Positions 44,922-56,700 of a stretch of 64,000 nt of DNA are shown piece by piece (position 1 is the stretch's first letter; each line of letters starts with the position of its first letter). The stretch is taken from positions 186,001-250,000 of the forward strand of contig CBFFSA010000008.1 of NCBI GenBank assembly GCA_965644495.1. Direction: 5' to 3'. The notes beneath the pieces are model-generated. The model ran no database searches. It was not told the origin of the DNA and worked only from the letters and a program-made list of their open reading frames with translations. The DNA is from Perkinsela sp. CCAP 1560/9. Its lineage: Eukaryota > Protista > Euglenozoa: Kinetoplastea. A program made the position numbers and the translations under genes.

Positions 44922-45715
44922 TATATTATATTTCCTCCTTTCTCGTCTTTGTTGTCTATGAAGCCGAAAGAAGTGGAGAAATGCATTGCCCTGTATAAAC
45001 TTTGGTTCAAAAGAACCACGTGGAAGGAACGTCTGCAATCATTACTCCTCTGTCCAAAAATTCGGGCAGTGCCTGCCGAATATAAATGAAAAGGAAAATG
45101 AAAGTGAATTGTTTTATCATGCACTTATAGTGCAGAGATTTACTCACCATGTCCTTATCCCGCATACGACGGGTGGATCATGTGAGGTTTCGTCCTCGCC
45201 GGAGGTGTGCGGGTGCGGAGAGCTGGCGTCCCAGGTGCAGAGAGCTCGGTTGTCATGTGCAGGTGCAGAGAGCCGGATGCGTAATCCCCATATTACAGTT
45301 TCGGGGGCAATCCGGGTGCAGAGAGCTGCGACAGAGCCGAGGTGCGGAGAGCTGGGCGACCGCCAGGTGCAGAGAACCGAGTCTCGTCGGCGGAGGACAC
45401 GTCTAGTGGTCCTCAAGGGAGGCCACCGTGACGCATGGCCCTCTCGGAGAGGAAAAAGACAAGTCGAAAAAAGCCGAGAGGGGGAAGCACACTCACTCCA
45501 GGGGAGTGAGTCGGGGAGGGGTGAAGGGGTGAAAGCGCGTCCCCTGCTTCAGCGACATGAGGGACAGTTCCGACTTTAGTGCCGGCCGGCAACGGGCATA
45601 AAAATACAGTAAGAGCATGCCCGTTGCCGGGGAAAGAAAGGATTAACTAAGGAAAAAGTACCAAGGTACAGAAACTGTATCTTTCGAAAAAGAGGAACAA
45701 TGTGAGCAATATATT

Positions 45716-46035
45716 TACTATCCCCCTTATTTAATAGGGCTACGTGTCACCCGCCCTTTAATAGGGCTATTTTGTCTGGAAGGCCAAAAATTATTTCTGG
45801 GAAAGTGCCAATAAGTTGTCGAATGCGCCGCGAAGCGGCGTATTTTCTTTTCCGCATCTACCCCAACAACCAAAAGTGTATCAAAAGGGAGTAGGACCCT
45901 GTTTCACAACGATAAAAAAAGCACCGCGAAGCGGCGCCGATTTTTTTTCCATATTATTTTCCATCTCCACCCCCCCCCACTTTATTTGGGCTTTTTGCCC
46001 AAAATCGGAGTCCTATTAAATAGGGGGGGATAGTA
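45716..46035. mobile_element. TA-flanked MITE
   Basis: tactatcccccttatttaatagg / cctattaaataggggggggatagta-type ends; two ccgcgaagcggcg motifs. Confidence 0.8.
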
Positions 46036-47553
46036 TATGAAAGAGGCAGAAGAAACAGCAACGGAGGCAGAAGACACAGAGTCATGAAACTTGATCCAAA
46101 GTTTCATGAATATGTGAAGGAATGTGTGAAGTGAGGGGTGGTTTAAGGAGTGTGAATTAAGATGTATGTTGAAGACGGAGTCAAATTTTATTATTTTCAT
46201 AATTATTTGTGACAGAAGTGGAGTCCTAAGGAGGATTTGTGCTCGAAAATCTGGCATAAAAGAAAATTTTGTGATAAAAGATGAAGTTGTGTCTGAAAAA
46301 TGCATGAGCACGTTTTTCTATATACAGTATTGTATTTTTTAGGAATGGGCGCAACATAACCCGTCTGTAGCCGTTAATTCGATAGAGCGGTCTTTCTGTG
46401 GTAAGGTACGGTACTCACATACACCGTACACATGTATGTGCATGAGGACAAAGAGCGGACTGTGATATTGAATGCGTGATGTGTCCACAGCGACGACACT
46501 TGAGATGGAGATAGTGACCCATGCTATCCTTCATGCGTGGATCATTTCCTTCGTGCTTTTGTCTCCAACGAGCGCACACAGGATCATCCGGTGAGCAAAT
46601 TGCGTCCTACCAACAGGTCTGTACACTGGAACTATTTTAAATCGTAAATAATTTAGGAGGGAAGAACCTGTGTGTCTCCGAGTGGCTGAAGTCTTTGCTG
46701 GAGACTGGGGAACGTAATGTTGTTGCACAGCCGCCTTTCTCCCAATGCGTTGTACGCCGCTCGGCGTTCTCTGCAGGACTGCAACTCACCAGTCTCGGGT
46801 GTAATGTCCCGAGAGGAACTTTCCTCGTTTGTGGGAAGTGATGTGCCCCACCGTTTTCGGGAGCGAAGCACAATAGAATAAGGTTTGGTTGAATAAGAAA
46901 ATTAGATTTTCTCTAATAGATACCAAATTTCTCAAATAGAACTAAATAAATGATTTCAAGAGACATGATTCCATTCTACATACGTTTCCATTGTCACATA
47001 ATGTTTTCATTATCACTGGTTAACCATTAATTCATTGGTTAATTAATTAATTGACTATTAGGGTATGATTATCGTACCACTATTGCAGTATTGAAACATT
47101 CTCTCAATAGTACTCCATGTAACTAAACGTGCCGCATTGATGACCACTCTTTCCAACAGAAAATATCAATTTAAGCTCTTTTTTCGCGATCAGTTTAAAA
47201 TATAGTTTAAAATATTTAGAAGAATATCAAATAGAAAGAAGATAAATGATGAATCAGATTGGGGCAAGATATTTTAAGATTTTTCATTTCGCAAGACTTT
47301 TTTGTACTAACCTCTTATGAGAATATAAATACTTATGATGATGGAAATTTCAAACTTCGACTAAACAGGGAATTGTCGACTCTTAAATTATGGAGGATAT
47401 TACTGTAACCAATTAAAACATTTACAAAACAAATACTAATGCTAAACTCTACAAAAATTATATGCTGGGAAACATAGATTGTATTAGACAACAAAACTGT
47501 AGACTTCAATGGTTCGAATTTTAGAAAGAATACATGGGCACTTGTGTTTTCCG

Positions 47554-48483
47554 CTAGCAAGAAAGCTCAAACACCATTGGGTGCATCGGTAACTTAACTT
47601 TATGCCAATTCGGATGGAGACGAGGTCTTCGTGCAATTTCAAAGAAATTTAATTGATTGCGTTCTTCTTCGTTCCGGGCATACCAGAAACACAGAGTATC
47701 AGACATTACGGCTTTGTGTAAACTAATTATTCGGCGTACCTGATCTGACGTATGCACATGAACGAAAAACTGACCATCGGATCGCCCATGCATAGCATAA
47801 ACTAATGCTGGCTCAACTCCCGTAAGAGAGTGCACAAGACAGAAAATCGCCCTGGTTCCAATACCTCGCCTTGCCTGTGCTACGAACAACTTTTTAGTAG
47901 TTGCTTCGACCTGCCTTACTTCATAGCAGTCCAATGGAGGACAGGGAGATACGTCAGCAGCAGCAAAGCAATTCACTAAGTGCGGTGGCAATACGACACG
48001 GAGGCAAAACGGCGACAATTCTTCGAAATAATTCACAGTGGTTTGTAAAGAGCATGCGTAATGACTACAATACGGATGTGGCGTTGATACTTGTGTGTGG
48101 ATGGGGTTCATGTGGGACTGGAACGCAGGAATAGGCCGAAAGGGCGGATATACGTCTGAAGGGACATACGGATTTTCAGTGGAATGGTCATTGGGCATGA
48201 GGGTAACCTTTTCTTCCGGATATACGCGGTTTACGTATCCCAAGCTGCACACCATGGAATCATTCACATACGTCAACGGCGTCGAAAAATACATTGATGC
48301 GGGGTATACTGTCGGGTTCGCGCTGTACGACGTATTGACGTATGTGAATGGTTCCATGTGGGCAGTTTGGGATACAGAGACCGACACATCAGGATGAAAA
48401 TAGTGTTGATCGCTACGGGGCCACATGAACGACGTTAAACAGGTATGTAAATAACTATTTCGATATAGCTTAGGCAGTTGCAT
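47554..48483 (-). CDS. Hypothetical protein with a degenerate RRM-like C-terminal domain
   Basis: P/S/Y-rich N-terminus; KLFVAQ..FFVHV..FWYARN..LPMHPMVFE resembles a kinetoplastid RRM-like family (from recall, unverified). Confidence 0.6.
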   Translation of the reverse strand: MQLPKLYRNSYLHTCLTSFMWPRSDQHYFHPDVSVSVSQTAHMEPFTYVNTSYSANPTVYPASMYFSTPLTYVNDSMVCSLGYVNRVYPEEKVTLMPNDHSTENPYVPSDVYPPFRPIPAFQSHMNPIHTQVSTPHPYCSHYACSLQTTVNYFEELSPFCLRVVLPPHLVNCFAAADVSPCPPLDCYEVRQVEATTKKLFVAQARRGIGTRAIFCLVHSLTGVEPALVYAMHGRSDGQFFVHVHTSDQVRRIISLHKAVMSDTLCFWYARNEEERNQLNFFEIARRPRLHPNWHKVKLPMHPMVFELSC

Positions 48484-48813
48484 TTACCGAAGTATTGGAA
48501 AAAAATGCAGAGCACGTTTCATAACACTGGTTAATTACTAAAATCGAAGTGAATGATACGTGGAATTTATACATGAATGTTTCGTCTAGACTCACGAAAG
48601 TATGACGTCCGTGTGAGGTCGTTGATGAAATACATTGTAAAATTATACCGCAGTATTTGTTTTGGCGATAAGATGAAGCAATTCTTTTGTGACACGAAGT
48701 CCCAAATATTCCGACAATCGTCTCTTAGTCCATTGCACTGGTGACGCGTCCACTACATGGTGAGCATTGCCCGTATCAATCCCTTTTGAAGTTGCAGGGT
48801 AAACGCCTCGATA

Positions 48814-51426
48814 CTACGATGCGACTTCCGACCTACGTTGAAAACCATATTTATAGTATAATACTGGGGACGCATCTTTTATCCATTCTGGAAGTATTGG
48901 AGCGCAGTGCATCATGAAATTTGCTTTTGTGCAGCGTAAGTGATGATACATAACGTATGTTGGCAACGGTCTCTTCTTTGCCAATGAACTAGAAGGGTGT
49001 ATCTTGAGCTCCAGACCAGGTTTTGTCACATTCTCGTACGTATCTCCATAGCGTCTCAGTCTTGCGATGTTTTGAGCGTATCCACCAATCAATGATTTCA
49101 TGACATCACTATGTTCTTTGTAGCTCTTCACGAGTATATTCGTCCGATCTAATAATCTCAGCAGTTGGTTTCGAATATTACAGGCCCTTTGCAATATTCT
49201 GTATTGGACAAAATGATTAATACACCAACTTTCCGATCGACCACTATCTTCCCATTGTTCAAAGATTTCAAGGAATAATATCATATCACCGTGCCCCCGG
49301 TCGAAATTAGCAATGGTAGATTGAAAAGCAGATCGGAGACGTGAATTCTGCCCTACTTGAAACAAACTCGTGTCCAAAGTTGCTAACAAAGCCACCACAA
49401 TTGTAAGTTCATGAGAACATTCGTATTTTTCAGCGCGTACCAGCGACTTTGAAAGCCTAGGATCAAGTGGAAACTCCGCCATGCGCTTTCCTAAGGTAGT
49501 GAGTTCTCCGTCATCATCCAAAGCTTCAAGAAAGTGTAGATCTGTAAAAGCTTGAGTTATGTTCTCAGGACATGGAGAATCAATAAATTCAAAATCTAAA
49601 AAGTTTGCTACACCCAAAGCTTTCACATCCAGTACTAGGTGTGCTATGTCCGTCCGCTGCACTTCGGGGATAATGGCAAGCGCGAGGTCATTGTCATATG
49701 AGGATCGCGTATACAGTCGGTAGCAAATTCCAGGCTTAGTACGACCTGCCCGACCACGCCTTTGCTCCGCTCCGGCCTGAGAAATCGGCACCACTAAAAG
49801 ACGTTCCATATTTGCTTTCGAGTCGTACCACGTTTGTTTACAGAAGCCACAATCAATGACGTAAACAATTCCGTCGATAGTCAGCGATGTTTCAGCAATA
49901 TTCGTAGCTAATACGACTTTTCGGGCTCCTTGGGGTGTAGGTTCAAATATTCGTCTTTGTAAATCGGAAGGAAGAGCCCCGTAAACAGGGAAAATAAGTA
50001 TTTCACGCAAGAAATGCTGCATAGATGAGAGTTTTTCTTGTATAATACCTTCACACCTTGTGATTTCCTCTTGCCCTGTCAAAAAAACAAGTATATCACC
50101 CTGCGGCTCGTGCTCATGAATCTGTAAAATAGTTGCCGCAGAGGCCTCTACATAATCTAGTAATGGAATTTGTGCAAATTTTACTGCTACCGGAAACAAA
50201 CGCCCCGTGACGTGAAGAACGGCTGCATTTTCAAAGTAGCTGCTTAATTTTATAGCTTGTAATGTTGCAGATGCAATCACAACGGTTAAAGGATTACTTG
50301 TATTCCTCCTTACTCTCCAGGTTTCGCGAACGAATCCCAGCAGAACGTCAGTATGTAGCGCTCGCTCATGCGCTTCATCAATCACTACGGCCGACACGTT
50401 TTCCAGCATCGGATCGGAAATATACTCTCGTAGTAGCATACCATCTGTCATGTAAATAAGTTTTGTGTCTGGAGCAAGCCTTTCATCGAATCGGACTTTA
50501 TAGCCCACGCTTGAGCCTAGTGCGACACCGCACTCATAAGCCACGCGGGCCGAAACGCTCATAGCGGCCACTCGTCTGGGTTGAGTACAAATCACACGCT
50601 TGGAACTATCACACGTGTATCCAGTCTCTACCAGGTACTGTGGAATTTGGGTTGATTTCCCACACCCCGTTTCTCCCTGTAGAATGAGAACATGTTCGTC
50701 CTTCAGTCGTTTCAAGATTTCACTTCGATAATTATAAATGGGCAAGGTTTTACGAAAGTCATCGATACTGAGAATTTTTAAAGTATCTTCGGGTTCATCA
50801 CGTGGTACTTGGTACTTTGAGTAATGATTGTATTTGTCACTAGTAAAAGCTATTTCATCTTGAAGAAGGGCTTGTACCGCGTGTTTGTCGGGAACAAAGG
50901 TCCTAGCAACAGTAGTAAGTTCGACGCCGGAAGCTTCTATTTTTTTCTGTTCTAGTAACTTTTGCTGCTGCAGGGCAGTTGTGGCATGGTAATCGTCAAA
51001 GGTTGCATCATCCCCCATTAGTGCTCCAACCTGTTTTTCATTTCTATCCCCCAAGCTTTCCAGTGACGTGGCTTGAGGAAGACGATACGATGAATCTCGA
51101 GTACCAGTGGGCTCAAAAGATTTCGCGATCGCGACGCTATCTATGACCTTACGATATTTTGCAAGCTCCACCGAAGAAAGTGGTTTATTCTTTATTTCGG
51201 CTTCTAAATATTCCGCAATTTTCGATTCTTCTTTGAAAACCCGTGGAGCAATTCGCGAAAAAAAGTTCTGACGAGACAAACTTTCCTGACGCTCCCAATC
51301 TGAATCTTTATACGCTTTTGCATGTGCCCGCGGTGTGAGCTCGTGATCCCGTAATCTTTTCACCTGTTCCTTGCGAATCTCTCGCTTACGCTCGTTTAAA
51401 TCTTTTATCCATTCATTTTCACCCAT
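48814..51426 (-). CDS. Spliceosomal DEAH-box RNA helicase, Prp2/DHX16-like
   Basis: GETGCGKSTQ, TQPRRVAA, DEAHER, SAT, ATNIAETS, QRRGRAGR, MAEFPLDP, IHPSS. Confidence 0.92.
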   Translation of the reverse strand: MGENEWIKDLNERKREIRKEQVKRLRDHELTPRAHAKAYKDSDWERQESLSRQNFFSRIAPRVFKEESKIAEYLEAEIKNKPLSSVELAKYRKVIDSVAIAKSFEPTGTRDSSYRLPQATSLESLGDRNEKQVGALMGDDATFDDYHATTALQQQKLLEQKKIEASGVELTTVARTFVPDKHAVQALLQDEIAFTSDKYNHYSKYQVPRDEPEDTLKILSIDDFRKTLPIYNYRSEILKRLKDEHVLILQGETGCGKSTQIPQYLVETGYTCDSSKRVICTQPRRVAAMSVSARVAYECGVALGSSVGYKVRFDERLAPDTKLIYMTDGMLLREYISDPMLENVSAVVIDEAHERALHTDVLLGFVRETWRVRRNTSNPLTVVIASATLQAIKLSSYFENAAVLHVTGRLFPVAVKFAQIPLLDYVEASAATILQIHEHEPQGDILVFLTGQEEITRCEGIIQEKLSSMQHFLREILIFPVYGALPSDLQRRIFEPTPQGARKVVLATNIAETSLTIDGIVYVIDCGFCKQTWYDSKANMERLLVVPISQAGAEQRRGRAGRTKPGICYRLYTRSSYDNDLALAIIPEVQRTDIAHLVLDVKALGVANFLDFEFIDSPCPENITQAFTDLHFLEALDDDGELTTLGKRMAEFPLDPRLSKSLVRAEKYECSHELTIVVALLATLDTSLFQVGQNSRLRSAFQSTIANFDRGHGDMILFLEIFEQWEDSGRSESWCINHFVQYRILQRACNIRNQLLRLLDRTNILVKSYKEHSDVMKSLIGGYAQNIARLRRYGDTYENVTKPGLELKIHPSSSLAKKRPLPTYVMYHHLRCTKANFMMHCAPILPEWIKDASPVLYYKYGFQRRSEVAS

Positions 51427-51992
51427 TTATCAGTACATATTAAATGCTTGACTAAAGAAAAAGGGAATGTGTTACAACAATGAAATGATTGTATTCAAAA
51501 ACTGTATATTGAATTTTATAAAGATAAACTTGATAAGGTTTTGATCGTTGGCTCATCAAAAAAAGTCAATTTGAGGAAGTTACATTGGTCTGTGTATACG
51601 TTCGGAGACTAAAATCTTAGGTTACGTAACTATAGAAAGTATTTAAACATTTTCTTATCAAACTCAAAAACAAAAACAAATCATAAGTTGGCTACGCCAA
51701 TAGACGGTAAGAATTTCACCAGCCTCGGGAACAATGTTTTTAAAGGTTCAAGCTATGCATAGGAGCAAAAAGAAATTGGTCACCCCAAATGATCAATGGG
51801 CAAATTTGTTTCTTAACTGCATCTTTAGAGACTGATATTCACTGCAGTTATTTGATGGTGAGAATAAAGGGCCGCACTGCGCATACATTCAAATATATAC
51901 ACTTACATAGTACTGTATTACATGTATGTACTTACATAGTACTGTAAATTAGGAAGCATTTGTTTACATTCGAGATATTCAACGAGAGCTGC

Positions 51993-53447
51993 TCAGTTGC
52001 TGAGTCCAAGCTGACGCAATGAAGGAACTACATCTACTTCTCCAGTGCTGAACATGCAAGGTGCCTGATTCAGGGCTTTTTGAAGTAGACAAAGAACTTG
52101 ATTAGGTCTGACGTTTCCTATAGCATCGAGAACGTCGCATCCAAGCTCTGTAGAATCACTCATACTCAAAGCGCAAGATGCAACATAATCGCTGTAGTCC
52201 CTCCTCAGTTCTAAATTGTCATGATAAAACCTGACAACAGCGCGGTGAAGAGCATGTGCAAAACTTTGTTCGAATAACTTAGCGCCTTTAGCACATTCTT
52301 GAACAATATCTATACCTTTTCTCATGTCCGTTTCGAAATGAAAAGGATCTGATCTTATAGTCAAACCAAATACACCAGCTGTTTCATAAGGATTGTAAAA
52401 CGTTCTAGCACCTTTGTCCAACCCATATTCAAGTCGAGATCCGTCTTGTAGGGCGGTACTCAGAAGCTGGTGAGTGACTAAACCCACTGCGTATTCCTCT
52501 GGAGCGCTAGCTCCAGCAGGTACTATCCAACCTAGAGCGCTAATCGTTTCATTGTCCATCGAAGGCTTAGATGTCATTTCCTTTTGACGCTTTTCAGGGT
52601 CAGCCGTTTCGCGCCCAGGGTGAAACTGCGCACTTTCATTTTTAGTTGAAATAGCCAAAGGAACTTCACTTTCTCGAAAATGGGGAGCCGTTTTTTGGTG
52701 TGGATACGGCGCTGTTTCATATGCTGCTACTAAAGTATCATGATCAATGTTGGTACCTACGATACACATGTTATGGGGGAGAAAACGAGTGCAGTACTGT
52801 TTCATTAGGTGATCTGGAGAGCAGTCGTCATTGCTATGTGGTGGGACAAGACGTGGCTGGCCGAGAGGCTCTTTGTAGAAACCAACGCACTCAAGACGTT
52901 GTGTGCAATACTCACGTGGAGCTTTCCAGCGCATTTCCTCATACACTGCATCCATCGCATCGCGGTAGCGCTGTACTTCAACTTCCATAAAACGAGGAAC
53001 AGCTACACAGTTACACATCATATGGAACAATGTCTGAAACTTGTCGCGCGGCACCTCTACTTTCCAACCAAGAATTTGTTTACGGATTTCAGTGTGCTCA
53101 AAACTCGCTCCTACGGAACGAAGCTGGCGATCGAATTGAAACATAGAGTCCTCCAAGTTCGAAAGCATGAGACCGCAACGCATGACGTAATTAAGCCCGG
53201 GGCGAGAAATAGGATCATATTTAGCACCAGCTTGTACATTATATATTCCGATGGATGACATACTTTCTCCAAAGTCTTGAGTAATAATTTGCGCCTCATT
53301 CGAAGCTGTGCTTCTTCGAAGTGAAGATTTGGCAGAGGGGGTCAGAGGAGAAATGTCATTATCTGCTTGCCTATATGAGAATCCCCAGGAGAGCTTCGGG
53401 TGAACGCTAAAAGGTGCGATTGATAGTGAAAGACTTCTGCAAAGCAT
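51993..53447 (-). CDS. Mitochondrial processing peptidase alpha / M16 non-catalytic subunit
   Basis: Presequence MLCRSL; AGAKYD..PGLNYVM without HxxEH; EPLGQP; FYNPYETAGVFG. Confidence 0.8.
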   Translation of the reverse strand: MLCRSLSLSIAPFSVHPKLSWGFSYRQADNDISPLTPSAKSSLRRSTASNEAQIITQDFGESMSSIGIYNVQAGAKYDPISRPGLNYVMRCGLMLSNLEDSMFQFDRQLRSVGASFEHTEIRKQILGWKVEVPRDKFQTLFHMMCNCVAVPRFMEVEVQRYRDAMDAVYEEMRWKAPREYCTQRLECVGFYKEPLGQPRLVPPHSNDDCSPDHLMKQYCTRFLPHNMCIVGTNIDHDTLVAAYETAPYPHQKTAPHFRESEVPLAISTKNESAQFHPGRETADPEKRQKEMTSKPSMDNETISALGWIVPAGASAPEEYAVGLVTHQLLSTALQDGSRLEYGLDKGARTFYNPYETAGVFGLTIRSDPFHFETDMRKGIDIVQECAKGAKLFEQSFAHALHRAVVRFYHDNLELRRDYSDYVASCALSMSDSTELGCDVLDAIGNVRPNQVLCLLQKALNQAPCMFSTGEVDVVPSLRQLGLSN

Positions 53448-53758
53448 TATTAGAGAGTAAAATTATGTTCACATTTCATTATTGATGTTAATATCAACTT
53501 CTGTGTGTGCAGTTGCATCATTGTTCAACAATATAAGGTAGTTATATTTTTTATATATATACATCATTCCAGTACATGCAGGGTACATGTACAGGGCGTA
53601 CATGAGAGCCGTTTACACATTTGCAAAAGGTTCGACGAAAACCCCATACAGACCCTGCTCCCACTTCGGGACCCTGCTCCCACTTCCGCATCTTTTTCAA
53701 GGAAAGATTACACGCAAAAAAACTTCGTGCCACTGCAAGGAACATAAACTATGGAATG

Positions 53759-56700
53759 CTACCTGGATTCTATCTGTGACAGAGAGTTTATCAATAAATG
53801 AGCGTGCTTAGGCAATTCATTTTGCATGTTTGCGGACTCCACAGTATCCAAAAGCAAACGCGTATCGGTGGCAGACAAACATTTGACGATGCGCAAAGAA
53901 GATAACCAATCTTCCGTGTTTTTCAGGAGGAGCTGCACGATGGAGGCAAGTAATTTAATATCAATCTTGTTTCTCACTTTAGCTTGTGTTTTTGAGACAC
54001 CAGTAAGAGACATCGGAGCTGAAGACTCCTCAAGAGCAGGCTTTTCACGTAACATGAATTCTGCAGCAGTGAGTGCACACATCCAAAACGCATATGTACC
54101 TGCTCGTATTTGAATTTCCTTCAACTGTTTCAGTAAAAAAACAGATAACATTAGAGAAGAAAATGTGTGACACAGCGCGCTAAAAGTTTTAACTAGAGCA
54201 GGAACACACCCGTGATGAAATTTACGCAGCACGACGATCACAACCTTGGCATCCACGAGTCGCACAAGTTTGCGACTTCGAAGGACTCGTAATGACTCAC
54301 TCCAGGACCAATGAGTTTGTGAAAGTAAGGAGCACAGCTCTGTTGCGGAGTTTACGTGACTTAACGCCCGTAAAAGTGCGCTCTGTTCCTGCGCTGCCAT
54401 GTAAACGGGCATCAAATCCGTTTGAGGCCCTCGGGCATCAACATAATGCTCATATATTTGTAACGCGCGCTGTGCTTTGCCGGTATGAAGTAGTTGACTC
54501 ATAATCAATTGCAGAAATCGATGTCTGATACCCAGAGAACACAAAGGTTTTATGTGTTCCATTACACGGGTAGCATATTCCCAATTCGATGAAGTGAGTA
54601 TGTTCAACCATCTAAGAAGAATAGATGAATTCTCGAACACCACTGAGTGATTTTTCGCAAACAGTAGTACCGCTATCCACCAGCTATCCCTACTAATTCT
54701 CGAAATAGAAGTAAGTAATTGAGCTGCCAATGCTTCTTTGACTTCCTTTCGGACCGTTTCTTGTCTTCCCAAAAGATTCAAACATTGTCTCCAGCTTAAC
54801 TTCTTCGTGGAAAGTAAATCTTGCTGAAGGGCAATATCCTGTAGGGAAAACCACCACTCCTGCTTTAGGTCTAACGAACGTTCAATTAGCTTTGAAGAAA
54901 GATCAACAGATATTCGCGGCGCACGACAATGTAAGCATAATCGCAACAACGACGCAACTCGGTGATCCGTTAAAAATCGTTTTCCTACTCGCTCATGCAT
55001 CCAATTTGCAAGTGCTAGGACGGTTTTATTCTTATTGCTGTTCATTAAAGAGTGTAGACAAGAATACGCAATTGTAGGCAATAACTTCTCCGGGTGTGGT
55101 AGCTTCAATAAAACCTGCAATCCGACACTCCAATGAAAATAAAATAACTCCGTTTGTGCGTCCGCTTGAATTTCATCTGTGCAATTGATGCCAACGCGTG
55201 GTACTTCGTTTGATTCTCTAGACCTCTTTTGAAGACTTAAATCCATGGCGAATATTTGAAAAGTGTGTTGAATCAGTCCGGGTCGGTTGATCGATACATT
55301 TACAAGCACTTGACACCACTTTTTCAACGATCTTCTCGATATGCTGAGAGATAGAAAGGATGAGAGAATAATTTTCCATGGTGCACCACAAAAGTAGGCA
55401 CTGCCCCACAAATCATTGAGCAAATCTGATTCACCAGGTGCATGAGTATTAACCAATGTGAGGGCATCCTGCCACATGAAGCACGCAGACCCATGAGGAG
55501 TGTCAACGAGGACTCTAGAAAGCATTAGACGCTCCAGCAGAACATCTAATGGAGCGGGAAAATAATTTGTCGTAATCAAGCTCGCAGCTTCTTTCCAAGA
55601 AATATTACAACGCAAAATCTCTCGAAGACTTTCGTGAAGCATTCTTTTTGCAGACGCATAAACTTTCACTCCTTTGCATAAGAGACCGTACGGCAATGCG
55701 GTGGAAACAAGAATTTGCTGCTTTTCCTTTTTGGCTTGCTTGAGAACGGAAAAGTATTTTTCGATGGTATCCGACGGAATACTGCCCCAAGGTACGTCTA
55801 CAGTTTTCAAAATCTCATAATTTCGCAATAAACATTCCGAATTACGAGATAAAAGATCGAAAAATGCTAAATTAAGTGCAGAATACGTGAGGTTCAAAGA
55901 AAAGTCAAAGCGACCTTCCGCATTCTCTAGTTCGCTCTTTCGTAAAAATAACATTGATAAGGCCGTAAGTAGTAGGGAAGATGTTCCTGGAAGATCGCAA
56001 TCACCACGCCCACAAATAGTACGGAGGGAGCAAGCAACTAACCGTTGATCTGAAGAGAAATTAATCGCTGTGATACATAGTTTGATACACAAAGTAATTT
56101 CCTTATGATCTAGCAGTATCATTACCACTTCGCGCAAATATCCCATGATTGCTCTCTCACATGATGACAATTTGTGCGCCATTATAACGATATTTGCTGA
56201 GCTGCTGGAACCTAAAACAAGCTGTTCAGTTTGATCTACGATAAACTTCCAGTTGCGCGCTTCTAAGTGCTGTTTAAGCTTGCGATGCTCTGGACTATCG
56301 CAAACGCTTAGTGGAGGGAGGGGAATGTTGAAATCAAGACACGCGCGCCATGTGGACCGCCTAAGCCTATGATACAGAAGAGCAGTTCGCAGAACTTCTT
56401 TTACAGGTTGAGCAGCTTCTTTTTGGCCAGCATTTGGGAGCTGCGATCCACTTTTCAAAAAACCTCTGTTATAGAGGTTTTCATAGTCGTGAACCTCAGG
56501 TATGATCCCAAATGCAACGAAATCCAAAAGACAGTCTAATGGGTTCATCGTTACACTAATAATTTCTGACAGGCAGTGACTCAAAAAACTGGATTCAAGT
56601 TCAGCGAGCTCGTTTGCGCTTCTCTGACATTCCTTCTTCAATGAGACAAGATCCTTTTGCTGCACTTTCCGAAGCCAGCTCGGTATCAGCTGTGCTTCAT

